DNA from: Macrostomum hystrix
Taxonomy: Eukaryota > Animalia > Platyhelminthes
Assembly (NCBI GenBank): GCA_950097015.1
Contig: CATNEN010000030.1
Span: 806,001 to 870,000 of the forward strand
Length of the DNA stretch: 64,000 nt
Direction of reading: 5' to 3'
Shown: positions 35,534 through 48,009 of the stretch, piece after piece
Position numbering within the stretch: position 1 is the first letter of the stretch
How the letters are laid out: each line of letters begins with the position of its first letter
The notes under the pieces: model-generated
Told to the model about the DNA's origin: nothing
What the model saw: the letters and a program-made list of their open reading frames with translations, nothing else
The model's database searches: none
Position numbers and translations under genes: made by a program

Positions 35534-37852
35534 TTGAAGACAGCAGCAGCGCAAATGATGCCGAAAGCGCCGCCGGCATGATTGTTGAACCCGACGGCAG
35601 CTTGACGGTGTCGCCGGTGCGGCCGAGGCATCAAGGTCGCTATCAGTGCCACGCCACCAGCCAACTGGGCAACGTTGTCGCGTCCGCACGTCTTAGCGTT
35701 CTGCCCGAACCGCCGCCAAATTTCGCATCGCCAGTTCTCACAGTCGGACCACAGGGCCAGACTCTGCTGCAGGGTCGAACTCTGGTCCTTTCCTGCCGTC
35801 TGCACGGCGTCAATTTGGCTGCGAATCGGATGCGAATCGTCTGGCTGAAGGACGGCCAGCGACTGTCGTTAGACGGTGGCGGCGGTGGCGGTGGCGGCCG
35901 GCAGCACGTCAGCTTGGACGGCTCGCTGCGCGTGTTCGAGCTGCGCCCGTCGGACAGCGGTAACTACACCTGCCAAGCTGAGCTTGGAGACCGGCCGGTT
36001 GCCCGCTGGCCGCTACCCGCCCGCATCCGGGTAGTCAACACTGGCGTTGATGCAGCGGAAGCCTCCGCCGGATCTAGGAGGACGCAGCCGTCTCCACCTG
36101 TGTCCGTCAGCGTCGTCGACCGCGGACCGGGCTGGGCGTTGTTGAAAATCATCGGCGGTGGAGACGGCCAAGCCGGTTGTCGGCAGTTGGTGGAGTGGGA
36201 CTGTGGCATCGGCTGGACCACCGCCTTCGACTGGAATCGCCTCGCCGAGTCGTCCTTAGTTCGCGTCGATACGGGTGCCGGCGGGATCGGTCTGACTACG
36301 ACGCCAGCTGATTGTCGATTCCTTGCTCGCAGCGTCTGCCCGCTGAGGGTTGGCGCCGGCGGCAAAGACGGCGGCTTAGTGTCTCTACCGTCGCCCATTT
36401 CGCCATCTGTCCGACTAGAGCCACCCGAGGTGTCGATGCCCCCGACGTTAGCAGGGACTGACCGACAGGCATCGTTGATAATTGCAGATTGGCAAGTGGA
36501 GGTGAGTAGCGGGTGAATATTTAACTCGAGCAGTAGCGGGCATTCGATCCTTACAATTGTTTTTTGATCCAACTTGACGGACCTCGCAGACTGTTGATCC
36601 TGCCACCATTCGCATTCGATGGCGACTGCTGCGGCCGCCGGTCCTCAGCGTTCGAGTTCGAGCCGCTGGACTCCGAGTCCGCCTCGCCGACTGCCTGATG
36701 AAATCTTCAATGTCAGCGCCGCCAGCCGGTGAGCACTGCTCATTGTCCGAGGCCGACGCCCTCACCGAGCTTCTTCGCGATGACGGAGAACGTACGTTGC
36801 TCAAAGATGTCGACGTCAACGAAAGAGTTGCTTTTACGGACGCCGGCGAGGAGTCGCTGCTGCTCGACGACCTGGCCGCATTCGCCTGCTACCGCATCTC
36901 CCTGACATCGGCCTTCGGGCACGACGTCAGCTCCGGGGCGAAGAGTCGACTGGCGCTCACTGGCGATGCCGCACCCAGCCTCGCACCGGTCGCTGTTTCA
37001 GCCCGTCGACTCGGCAATGGCAGTCTGGAGTTGTCCTGGCTGCCGCCGCCCCTGTCGGGACGCCGGGGAGCAATCACCGGCTACCAGCTGCGCCTTCTGG
37101 ACCTTCGCCGACAGCCTGGCGACTTTGTCCGCTCAGTTAGCATTGATGGAGCCCGAACTCGCTCCGTCCTGATCAGCAACCCGTTGTCGACGGCCTCCTC
37201 AGCTGAGTCACTCGGCGTCCGCTTGGCGGCCCGCAATTGTCGAGGAGTCGGGCCGGAGTCGCCGGAGCTGCCAGTGCCGAGGATCGACGCAAGCAACGAA
37301 TCGGCAACGCTGCTGCCGCGAGCCTCCGTGCTCGTTATCGCGGTGAGCGTCGGCGGCGCGATCTGGCTCAGCCTGGCCGCCGTCATCGCCTGCGCCCTTC
37401 GTCGAGTCTGGCAGGTCAGAAAGCGGCGCCAATTAAGAAATCGTCAGCCGAACCTGGCGCCGCCGCTGCTGCCACCACAAGGCGCCGAATTCAAGCAGCC
37501 GTCAGTGGCCGCTTCGCCAGAGGCTCATCAGCCGCCGCCGCCGCTTCCGCCGCCTCGTATAACTACCGGGCCGGCTAGCCGTCCGCCGCCCGACCTTCTC
37601 GTTGCTGCCTCCACCGCTGCCACAGCCGCCACATCTGCGTCTTCCTCAGCGTCGCCTTACGCCTCGGCTAGCGTTGTTCACAGTTTCGCCAGGGACTCGG
37701 GCCACGGGGAGGAGGACTCCGGCCTCAGTGCTCATCAGCAGCAGCAGGCTTATCGACAGCAGACGGCGATGTTGCATTTTACTGACAGCTGCCGGCTCAA
37801 CTGCCTGCTGCAGCATCCGCCCAGAGAGCATCACATGCCGCAGGCCAGGTAG
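34200..37852 (+). CDS. ROBO: Roundabout-family receptor (signal peptide, 5 Ig, 3 FN3, TM, Pro-rich tail), ~1148 aa
   Basis: Exons 34200-35167, 35286-36501 and 36590-37852; phases 2 and 0 match; total 3447 nt with no frame break. Ig1 starts APRIEVHPKD; TM is VLVIAVSVGGAIWLSLAAVIACAL; the tail has PPPPLPPP and SPYAS. A possible further small exon follows via donor 37849 and acceptor 37971. Confidence 0.88.
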
Positions 37853-38397
37853 GCACAGATACGAACCTTCGCACAACTGTACATTTGTCCTGACTTTCTC
37901 ATCTCATTAAATATCGATAGAAACAGATAGAATAGTGCGACTACACCTAATCAGTTGTGCCGCGTATTCAGGCAGTGCCACATCCAGCGCTGCTGCGGTA
38001 CAGTCCGTGGACTGTACGAGGCGTCTGGTGTAAAAAACCACCAATATAGGCTTAGTTTTTAGGATGGCTTTGAAAGTTAATTAGTTCATTGCAACAACAA
38101 CAAACAACAACAAACAACAACAAACAACAACAAACAACAACAAAATACGCTGTCGGGTGGAAAAAGCAGCGTCACAGTGCACGCTTCAGAGCCTGGGCGC
38201 GAACAAATGTTGATACAATTTGTGGACTTTTACGAAAATCGGTCATTCGGTTTGGGAGCTTTGGAGTATTGCTCGAGGGTATTGTTTCTCAGTGACTGAG
38301 ATTCGAACTCCCGACCTCCCGGTCTACAAGGTTGATTACGTGGCAACAATGACTAAAGCAATCAGCAGTGGGACTACGGCTGTGGGATGCACGGCTT

Positions 38398-38781
38398 TCA
38401 CCGGCTCCTCGACTTTCCCCTTTCTCTCCTAAGCCTTCTTAATTCTTCTTCAATGCTTTCGTTCAGCAACTCGCCCCCATTGACAGACACCCACGAGCAG
38501 ACAGTAGAAATTGTTGCGTTGGCGGCCGGATTTGGGGTTCGGTTGGGGAGCGAAGATTTTGAACTCGAAGTGGAAGGCCTGTCAGATGAAGGCCAACCAG
38601 CTGCCAGTGGGTTTGCGGCGTTGGTTGATGGCTTGTCAACTTTGGTACGCCTGCTGCTGTTGTGTCCAGGCTCTCCGCCATCACCGAAGTAGGCCTCATC
38701 CAAGCAAAGAGGGGACGTGGGCATAAAAAAGGCGCAGTCAAACAAACGGCTGGCGGTGTTAATGGGCAATCTGCGCCACTC
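38398..38781 (-). other. Possible terminal coding exon of an unidentified gene
   Basis: Open frame from the candidate acceptor AG|GAG at 38781 to TGA at 38398. Ser/Pro/Asn-rich, ending ESIEEELRRLRRERGKSRSR. No family recognised. Confidence 0.3.
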
Positions 38782-39183
38782 CTACTGACTAACAGCCAGT
38801 CTAGTTCGGGAAGTTAAGGACAAACGAAGCGATGATTTGGAAAATTTCTGCGGTTGCTTTTCAAAAGCTTTAGAGACCCGAGTGTAGGAAAAAAACTTCG
38901 ACTACAAGCTGCTACTGCAGCTGCTGTAATTGCAGTCACAGAAAACTAGACGCACAACCATGTTGCCCCTTTTTATGCTGACTGGCGATCGAAAAAAATA
39001 CTAGAATAGAGCGATCAAGATGGAACAGCGCAACTAGCAGCCAATGAATCATTTACGACACGGGCTCCTCTCAGATCCTGCGCCATTGCGCGGAGGGATG
39101 CTCGTCTCCTGTTTAAAAATATTTTTGTATTCAAAAGTTCAGTTTGATTGGGCAATCTCATACCCATACTATCCAGAATCTCC

Positions 39184-39795
39184 GGGAGAGATGAGACAGG
39201 GGAGAGATGAGACAGAGGAGAGATGAGATAGGGGAGAGATGCGACACGGGAGAGATGAGACACGGGAGAGATGAGACACCGGAGAGATGAGACACGGGAG
39301 AGATGAGACACGGGAGAGATGAGGCACGGGAGAGAAAAACTGGGAGAGAGATGGGAGAGAGATGAGACAGGGGAGAGATGAGACAGAGGAGAGATGAGAT
39401 AGGGGAGAGATGAGACCGAGGAAAGATGAGACACGGGAGAGATGAGACCGAGGAAAGATGAGACACGGGAGAGATGAGACCGAGGAAAGATGGGGAGAGA
39501 TGAGATAGGGGAGAGATGAGGCAGGGGAGAGATGAGACAGGGGAGAGATGAGACTGGGGAGAGATGAGATAGGGGAGAGATGAGGCAGAGGAGAGATGAG
39601 GCAGGGGAGAGATGAGACAGGGGAGAGATGAGACAGGGGAGAGATGAGACAGGGGAGAGATGAGATAGGGGAGAGATGAGATAGGGGAGAGTTTAGACAG
39701 AGGAGAGATGAGACAGAGGAGAGATGAGGCAGGGAAGAGATGAGACAGGGGAGAAATAAGACGGGAAAAATAATACAGAGAAGAGATTTAACACG
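39184..39795. repeat. 16-nt minisatellite GGGAGAGATGAGACA(C/G), same unit as inside the hAT MITEs but without TIRs
   Basis: Read directly; no GGTCGGCAAACT terminus seen in either flank. Confidence 0.95.
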
Positions 39796-39839
39796 GGAGA
39801 GACTGGAAGCCGTCCAGAAGCTGTGCTGGCCGTATCTGG

Positions 39840-40334
39840 TTGCCAAACCCTGAGCCAGACGCTAAACACAGCCCAGAAGTGCTCAAGTGCTCAATTTCAC
39901 CTAAAAACTTTTACCACCAACTTCGCAGCTTTCATTCCATCCGCGTTGATGCCAGCAACAGCGCCAACGACGCCACCGAAGACTCTAATGACGACGAAGT
40001 CGAAGACAACATCGACGATGCGGCAGTCGACGCCGACGTTGACGACGTGGCCTCAGTCGCTGCCGACGATGTTGCAAAGCGTCGTCGACACCATCAGCTG
40101 CTGCAGCTGCGTCAACAGCAACAGCGATGGGCGGCTCTGGACAGTTCCATCGACGGCCAGTCGTGCTCGACCGCAGAGGGTTGCCGATGTTGTCTGGATT
40201 CGAAATCCTTTGCCGAGACCAGACGCGACGAACGACGACGGCGGCGCAAAGCGCGACGCCCTCAGGCAGATCGCCTGCTGCCGCCACCGCCGTCAGCTGC
40301 CGTGACGCTGACTGCTAGCTTTCCTTCCCGCTAA
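39840..40334 (+). other. GC-rich exon-like island with a 164-aa acidic-then-basic ORF; strand and frame unresolved
   Basis: Composition resembles the confirmed exons, but several frames are open and no domain was recognised. Confidence 0.25.
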
Positions 40335-41009
40335 TTTAGGCGCATCCGCTACTTATCCTACTTACTGTTTTTTACTAGTAGTACACATGGAACATTGCGT
40401 AGAGAGAAAAAAGAAATATATAGACTTCAGCATTTAGTGCTTAAAATGAAAGAGCAAATAAAAGCAAACCACGGATTTGAATTAAATCTACAAGCTAAGA
40501 GACCGTATTTCGTATATTCTGGTTAAAACAAATAGGAGTTTATTTGCAACAAATTACGAGTTCGATGCAAACGCATCATAAAAATCTAAAAATAGAAGCA
40601 GATGATTCAGCTAAAAATAATTTCATATTGAGTCTGACAAGCTGAAACTGCAAATGAGAAACTGTGCTGTAAACAGGAAGTGAGCAATTTCATTTCCTTT
40701 TCAGTGAGTCAGCGAGATGCGGAAGGTTGGTTGATGGCTATACTTCCTACATGGTCTCAAACTGCTTGGGAACTATAATTTTTGTTCAATTCAAATCAGG
40801 GACTGATCGATAATCGATTGATAAACAACTAAATGATTCGAGGGGTATGTGACGGACTGAAGATGTGGCGCGTGTGTACTCATGGGATCAGCGGAATAGA
40901 CAGACCAAATAATGCGTCAGTGCTGGCAGAACTTGCGAATACTATTAGTTTATTATAAAGTTAGGAACAAGTAAGCTGTGAACCATCCTTCATGACAGTT
41001 TAAACTCAT

Positions 41010-41870
41010 GAGGATCCAGAACTGTCCTGAAGGATCAAGTACTGGCCTGAAGGATCTAGAACTGTCCTGAAGGAACTAGAACTGCCCTGAAGGAACTAGA
41101 ACTGCCCTGAAGTATCAGAACTGCCCTGAAGGATCCAGAACTGTCCTGAAGTATCTAGTACTGGCCTGAAGGATCTAGAACTCTCCTGAAGGATCTAGAA
41201 CTCTACTGAAGGAACTAGAACTGTCCTGAAGTATTAAAACTGCCCTGAAGTATCAGAACTGCCCTGAAGGATCCAGAACTGTCCTGAAGTATCTAGAACT
41301 GTCCTGATGGATCTAGAACTGTCCTGAAGGATCTAGAACTGTCCTGAAGGATCTAGAACTGTCCTGAAGTATCTAACTGTCCTGAAGGATCTAGAACTGT
41401 CCTGGTGGATCTAGAACTGTCCTGAAGGATCTAGAACTGTCCTGAAGTATCTAGAACTGTCCTGATGGATCTAGAACTGTCCTGATGGATCCAGAACTGT
41501 CCTGATGGATCTATAACTGTCCTGAAGTATATAGAACTGTCCTGATGGATCTAGAACTCTCCTGAAGGATCTAGAACTCTACTGAAGGATCTAGAACTCT
41601 ACTGAAGGATCTAGAACTCTCCTGAAGGATCTAGAACTCTCCTGAAGTATTTAGAACTGACCTGAAAGAATTAGAACTGCCCTGACGTATCAGAACTGTC
41701 CTGAAGTATCTAGAACTGTCCTGAAGTATCAGAACTGTCCTGAAGGAACTAGAACTGTCCTGAAGGAACTATAGAACTGCCCTGAAGGAACTAGAACTGT
41801 CCTGAAGGAACTAGAACTGCCCTGAAGTATCAGAACTGTCCTGTAGTATCTAGTACTATTCTGAAGGATC
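41010..41870. repeat. 20-nt minisatellite GAAGGATCTAGAACTGTCCT, array 1
   Basis: Read directly. Confidence 0.96.
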
Positions 41871-42238
41871 CATACGTGTCCAAAGATCTGCTTGAGTGCA
41901 TTATTATTGCTTGACTCATTTTTGTAGACTTTCGTTTTCATTTTGTAATACTATCCTGAAGGTTCCTAACTATACGTTGGAATTTAATGATCAATTATGA
42001 ACAATGAGTGCCACTTAGTATGTACGCTCGTAGCTCGTAGTAAAACAATAGTTTACACTTTTTACAGCCGGTGCAAAGTTTTTCCTAAGGCAGAACAAAC
42101 ATTGAACAGACACATCATAATTATAGTATCAAATTTACAGATTTTATCCAGTAATGCGAGATTTTAGTATTACCTAAACTTATAATTTTTTAACAATCCT
42201 GAACGATTTTGAACAATCCTGAACTATTTTAGCTTTCT

Positions 42239-45227
42239 CTACAAAGCCATATTTCTAGTGCCACGTCTGCCATCGCCGCCGCCGACGGCTGCATTGCCTC
42301 CTGATGGTCGGCGAGGTCGCCGAAGCCTCTCTGGCAGGCCGGCTCGGAACGAGGCTCCGAAAGCGTAGACACCGAAGCCCAGGCAGTGATTGAGCAGCTT
42401 GGCGTACCTGGCCGCCGTGGAGGCCGCCACCATCACTCGAGTCCAGACGGGTGAATTGACCGACTCGGTGCCGGCTAAAGAGGCTGCAAGGCTGTACAGA
42501 AGGCCGCCAGTGACCAGGTAGTAGGGCAGGTTGAGGCACAGGAATAGCAGCAGGACGCGGACTACGGTGCGGGTCAGGCGCCTGTTCTGAGATGCGATGG
42601 GGCCGGAGGGTCCGCCCTCGCTGCCCAGCCTAGCCAGCCGGTTATTGGCCAGCTTGGCCAGCAGGCAGCAGCTAGTTGCTATGGCAACTAGAGGCAGGGC
42701 GGAGAACAGCAGCCAGGCGCGCGAATTCCACAGGTGAAGAATCCGGCCATCGCTGGGCTCGGAGCTGCGGCAGACGAGCACAGTGGCGCAGGCCTCGGTG
42801 CCGTTGGCGACTCGAATGACCTTCAGCCGGCCGGTGGCCAGAGGCGCCGAGTTGGCTAAACAGGCGAGGCCGACAACGACGGCGCAGCGCAGGCCGGCAG
42901 CCAAACGACGCCGGAAGCGGCCGCTGCCGGCTGGCATCATCGAGGGCGAGCGCAGGCGGCAGTACCACTCCAGGCTGAGAGCGGCCAGCAGGCTGGAGGA
43001 CACGCTGAATGCCGCATGCGGAATGAAAAACCGGAGTCTGCGGAGGTTCCGGTATCGAAATCCATATAAAATAACTTGAATAAAGTTATTTAAAAGGCGA
43101 TATAATCTGTTCCATAGGATTCGATGCTGTTCGGAATTATTATCGACATGTTTTTTGCGGTTTTCCAGTGTTTAGAAAGATTCTGAACTCTCGTTAGATG
43201 ATTCTGAGTGATCCTGAATGAAATTTCAAATGTGACTCTGAACTTTTCAATAGATCCAGAACTGTCCCATAGAATCTACAACTGTCCTGAAGGATCTAGA
43301 ACTGTCCTGAAGGATCTATAGTACTGTCCTGAAGGATCTAGAACTGTCCTGATGGATCTACAACTGTCCTGAAGGATCTAGAACTGTCCTGAGGGATCTA
43401 CAACTGTCCTGAGGGATCTACAACTGTCCTGAAGGATCTAGAACTGTCCTGAGGGATCTACAACTGTCCTGAAGGATCTAGAACTGTCCTGAGGGATCTA
43501 CAACTGTCCTGAAGGATCTAGAACTGTCCTGAAGGATCTAGTACTGGCCTGAAGGATCTAGTACTGGCCTGAAGGATCTAGAAGTGTCCTGAGGGATCTA
43601 CAACTGTCCTCAAGGATCTAGATCTGTCCTGAAGAATTTAGAACTGTCCTGAAGGATCTAGAACTGTCCTGAGGGATCTACAACTGTCCTGAAGGATCTA
43701 GAACTGTCCTGAGGGATCTACAACTGTCCTAAAGAATCTACAACTGTCCTGAAGGATCTAGAACTGTCCTGAGGGATCTACAACTGTCCTGAAGGATCCA
43801 GAACTGTCCTGAGGGATCTACAACTGTCCTAAAGAATCTACAACTGTCCTGAAGGATCTAGAACTGTCCTGAGGGATCTACAACTGTCCTGAAGGATCTA
43901 GAACTGTCCTGAGGGATCTACAACTGTCCTGAAGGATCTAGAACTGTCCTGAAGGATCTAGTACTGGCCTGAAGGATCTAGTACTGGCCTGAAGGATCTA
44001 GAAGTGTCCTGAGGGATCTACAACTGTCCTCAAGGATCTAGATCTGTCCTGAAGAATTTAGAACTGTCCTGAAGGATCTAGAACTGTCCTGAGAGATCTA
44101 CAACTGTCCTGAAGGATCTAGAACTTGCCCGAAGGATCTAGAACTGTCCTGAAGGGATCTACAACTGTCTTGAAGAATTAACAACTGTCCTGAAGGATCT
44201 AGAACTGTCCTCAAGGATCCAGAACTGTCCTCAAGGATCCAGAACTGTCCTCAAGGATCCAGAACTGTCCTCAAGGATCCAGAACTGTCCTCAAGGATCC
44301 AGAACTGTCCTCAAGGATCCAGAACTGTCCTCAAGGATCCAGAACTGTCCTCAAGGATCCAGAACTGTCCTCAAGGATCCAGAACTGTCCTCAAGGATCC
44401 AGAACTGTCCTCAAGAAAGGATCCAGAACTGTCCTCAAGGATCCAGAACTGTCCTCAATGATCCAGAACTGTCCTCAAGGATCCAGAACTGTCCTCAAGG
44501 ATCCAGAACTGTCCTCAAGGATCCAGAACTGTCCTCAAGAAAGGATCCAGAACTGTCCTCAAGAAAGGATCCAGAACTGTCCTCAAGGATCCAGAACTGT
44601 CCTCAAGGATCCAGAACTGTCCTCAAGGATCCAGAACTGTCCTCAAGGATCCAGAACTGTCCTCAAGGATCCAGAACTGTCCTCAAGAAAGGATCCAGAA
44701 CTGTCCTCAAGGATCCAGAACTGTCCTCAATGATCCAGAACTGTCCTCAAGGATCCAGAACTGTCCTCAAGGATCCAGAACTGTCCTCAAGGATCCAGAA
44801 CTGTCCTCAAGGATCCAGAACTGTCCTGCAAGTATCCTGAACTCTCCCGAAGGGTTCATGACGCTGTTGCAATTGATTTCACATTGATAAGCACTTCAAT
44901 TGAAACCACCGTCCTGTACTTGCACTCCGCCTGTGTCCTCGGATAGAACACGCCCAGTGTGAGTAGGATCTCCCAGCACAGGCTGCCAATTGACATTAGA
45001 TCGGCCAGAGACAATGCGAAGAAGAATGTAAACACCGGCGACCGCCTCAGCTGCACTGCGCGAAGCATCACGGCTAGGCCGAAGCTGTTGCCAGCGGTTC
45101 CGACCGCGGCCAGTGCCGCCATCACCAAAAGCTCGACTGGCTTGGACAGCGCCTCGGCTAGAGGACAGTCGACTGCAGCCTCCGCTATCAGGTCCGCCTC
45201 ATCCAGAGTCGTCAACTGCGCGCTCAT
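42239..45227 (-). CDS. Class A GPCR, orphan peptide-receptor type (FMRFamide-receptor/Srw-like), 368 aa, 2 coding exons
   Basis: Exons 45227-44920 and 43037-42239, joined in phase 2 (AA|GTACAG..CAG|A); total 1107 nt. TM1 GTAGNSF, TM2 LSLADL, TM3 ECK|LRFF..SLEWY, TM6 FLCLNLPYY, TM7 NHCLGFGVY. An upstream acceptor at 45251 suggests a further 5' exon. Confidence 0.85.
43252..44828. repeat. 20-nt minisatellite (G/C)AAGGATC(T/C)AGAACTGTCCT, array 2, filling the GPCR intron
   Basis: Read directly. Lines 43441-43680 recur 420 nt later. The right half is a homogenised CAAGGATCC variant. Confidence 0.97.
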
Positions 45228-45283
45228 GGAGACTGGGGTTGAAGACTTCACCTGGGAATGGTGAAGAGAGAGGAGGTAGTGGC

Positions 45284-45457
45284 TTGGGATTTCGGTAAAT
45301 TTGGATTTCGGTAAATTGGGATTTCAGTAAATTGGGATTTCAGTAAATAGGGATTTCAGTAAATTTGGATTTCAGTAAATTGGGATTTCAGTAAATTGGG
45401 ATTTCAGTAAATTTGGATTTCAGTAAATTGGGATTTCAGTAAATTGGGATTTCAGTA
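45284..45457. repeat. 16-nt minisatellite GGATTTCAGTAAATTG
   Basis: Read directly. Confidence 0.93.
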
Positions 45458-46093
45458 ATTACAGAAATTTCGATAAATTTAGGATCTTGGTCGATTGGGA
45501 CTTGGTTAACTTCTGATTTCGGTGCGTGAGGATTTCGGCAACTCCTGAGGCTGAGTGACACCTGAAGGTTGAGGCTGTCACTTGACTGCCAACCGATTAT
45601 AATTTGAGAAGTGTCAACGTCAATAAAAATAATTTAGCTGATCAAACTTACCCAACAAAAGGTGTGCTATGTTCCAAAGCTTTACAAATAGTTAGATTTT
45701 CTAATTAGATTTATTCTTTCTAGTGAGTGTGCGCGTCCCTAATTTAGCGTGCTAATATCCATTTCTGACCCCACCGGAAAGCTAGGATAAGCTGTAAAAC
45801 TACTTCTAATCCCATTCGCTGCAAACGACTCACCCTAACCCAGATTTTTTAGCTGTGTATGTGAAGCAGATTTGAAATGAAAAAAACACTGACTACTTTG
45901 AGTAAGACTAATTGAGAATTGATTAGTATTGAGTTTGCAAAGTAGGCTAAAATACGAAAAATTATGAAAGCGAATTCTATGTCCATTGCACTGACCGAGA
46001 AACTAGGCCCTCAAAATCTTACTTGCTTGTGGTCGGCATGTAAATAAACGATATTTTAACCCAGCTAATCTGATAGTGTACGTAAATTACACC

Positions 46094-46470
46094 CTAAGCC
46101 ACCAATCAGCTCGCAGGGTCGCATGCGTACATTCAGGCCTAAGCCAATCAGCTCGCGGGGTTACAAGTGTACATTCCGGCCTAAGCCAATCAGCTCTCAG
46201 CATTGCAAGTGTACATTCAGTCCTGAGCCAATCAGCTCGTAGGGTTGCAAGTGTACATTCCGGCCTAAGCCAATCAGCTCGCAGGGTTGCAAGTGTACAT
46301 TCAGGCATAAGCCAATCAGCTCGCAGGGTTGCAAGTGTACATTCAGGCCTAAGCCAATCAGCTCGCAGGGTTGCAAGTGTACATTCCGGCCTAAGCCAAT
46401 CAGCTCGCAGGGTTGCAAGTGTACATTCAGGCCTAAGCCAATCAGCTCGCAGGGTTGCAAGTGTACATTT
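46094..46470. repeat. 42-nt minisatellite, 9 copies, each containing a CCAATCAG core
   Basis: CCAAT at 46102+42n (n=0-8). Confidence 0.96.
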
Positions 46471-46617
46471 CAGCTCCCCTTGATCAGCAAGAAAGCTCAA
46501 AATATAAATTATCGTTAGCTTGATCAGATAAGTAGACTCGCATGAACATAGTTAAAATATATTAATTGTATAATTAATTGGTACATTAAAGATTCTCAAA
46601 GTCAGCAATCAATTAAA

Positions 46618-47052
46618 TCACTGCATCTTGTTGTTCGAGGTGACAGACGATGCTATGACATCGGCTAGGATTTTATAGCCGGCCTGCTTGGCGAACACCT
46701 CCTGAACCAGATCAAAATCCTCCCAGGGAAAATAATCCTCAAGGTTGAATAGGACCTTGTTGTCGCAGATAATGGCGAAGCCAGTCTGAGACTGAGATGT
46801 GCTCCAGTCAACTGAGATGTTTAAAGGCAGCTCAAACTTCTCCATCATGCACTGCAGCAGGCGGGCTAGCTGTGCTGCCTCAGGTATGGCAGGTGAATAG
46901 CGGACGTCAATCTTGACTGGTACTAGGAATTCCATTACCGGCTTTGCGTATTCTTGGTCTTCCTTGTGAAACGCATGCAAATCAGTGGTGGTGGCGTTTC
47001 TGAAACCAGATCGATCGATGGTCAGACTTTGGGACATAGACAATTGATTCAT
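46618..47052 (-). CDS. 144-aa ORF, probable Rdx (SelW/SelT/MIEN1-like) thioredoxin-type fold lacking CxxC/CxxU
   Basis: Non-repetitive, GC-enriched ORF. The pattern VKIDVRY-SPAI..helix..LNISVDW..QTGFAIICDNKVLFN..FPWEDFDLVQEV parallels the Rdx pattern as I recall it (V.V.YC..C/U..TG.FEV..NG.L..SK..FP). May have upstream exons (donor 47602/47601, acceptor 47090). Confidence 0.5.
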   Translation of the reverse strand: MNQLSMSQSLTIDRSGFRNATTTDLHAFHKEDQEYAKPVMEFLVPVKIDVRYSPAIPEAAQLARLLQCMMEKFELPLNISVDWSTSQSQTGFAIICDNKVLFNLEDYFPWEDFDLVQEVFAKQAGYKILADVIASSVTSNNKMQ

Positions 47053-48009
47053 CTCAAAGAGTTTACTAAACTTCTCAAAGAATTCGATTCTAGCTAAATA
47101 AATACAAGCTACTGGTTCGATACTAGCATCGATTCTTGCTATGATGCTACAGGATACTGGTTTGATACTAGCTTCAATTCTTGCTTCGATTCTATATAAA
47201 AATGCAAGCTACTGGTTCGATACCGCATCCGATTCCTGCTTCGATTCCTGCTTCGATTCTGTCTAAAAACACCGAGCTACTGGTTCGATTCCTTTTTCGA
47301 TATTGCAAAGTGCAAGCTACTGGGTCGATACCGCATCCGATTCTTGCTTCGATACTTAAAGCTACTGATTCGATGCCAGCTTCGATTCCAGTTGCGGCTT
47401 TTGTTGATGCAGACTTAATTCATTTTCTACTGAAAACGTGAGCAAAATACGTCAGTACAACGAACAGGGTCTTTACCCTTATCTCAATCCCTCAGAAATT
47501 GCTGGGCCAACAAGTCGCTAAAAATATAACCTTATTTTCAATTTTTAGACTTCGGACAATTTTTGCTCGACTAGTCTTAGAGAAGCATTCCAAATCCTCA
47601 CCTGCCGACTGAGACTAGAGCTGTTTTTGCTGCTGGGAATAATTGCTTAACAAAGTCCGGCGCAATGGCTGTACGCAGCTGGAGCGAAACTAAGCTCGTA
47701 GCTAAGCAACTAATTTTGTTGAGCAATTTTGAGCCGACGCAGCGATTGAAAATGTTGCTTTGCTCAGTTCGACCCTAATCTTCCGCTTTGGTTCGGGAGG
47801 AATCGAGAATTTATTATTCTTGCTTGCTTATATTTTTGTTACGATAATACAATGACTTGCTCCCTCTCCAGTCCACGGACTCACGGAGAGTCTAACTAAA
47901 ATTTTTTACTCAAATCTCTAAACTTTACTAAAAAACGACAGGAATCGACGTTTAAAACAAAAAGGCATTGAAATAAAGTACATTTACCAGTAGAAAGACC
48001 AATGAAGTA

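Noticed and set aside
38285-38320. AGGTCGGGAGTTCGAATC B-box-like match shared with ~52717-52734
   Set aside because: No convincing A-box or cloverleaf; at most a SINE relic.
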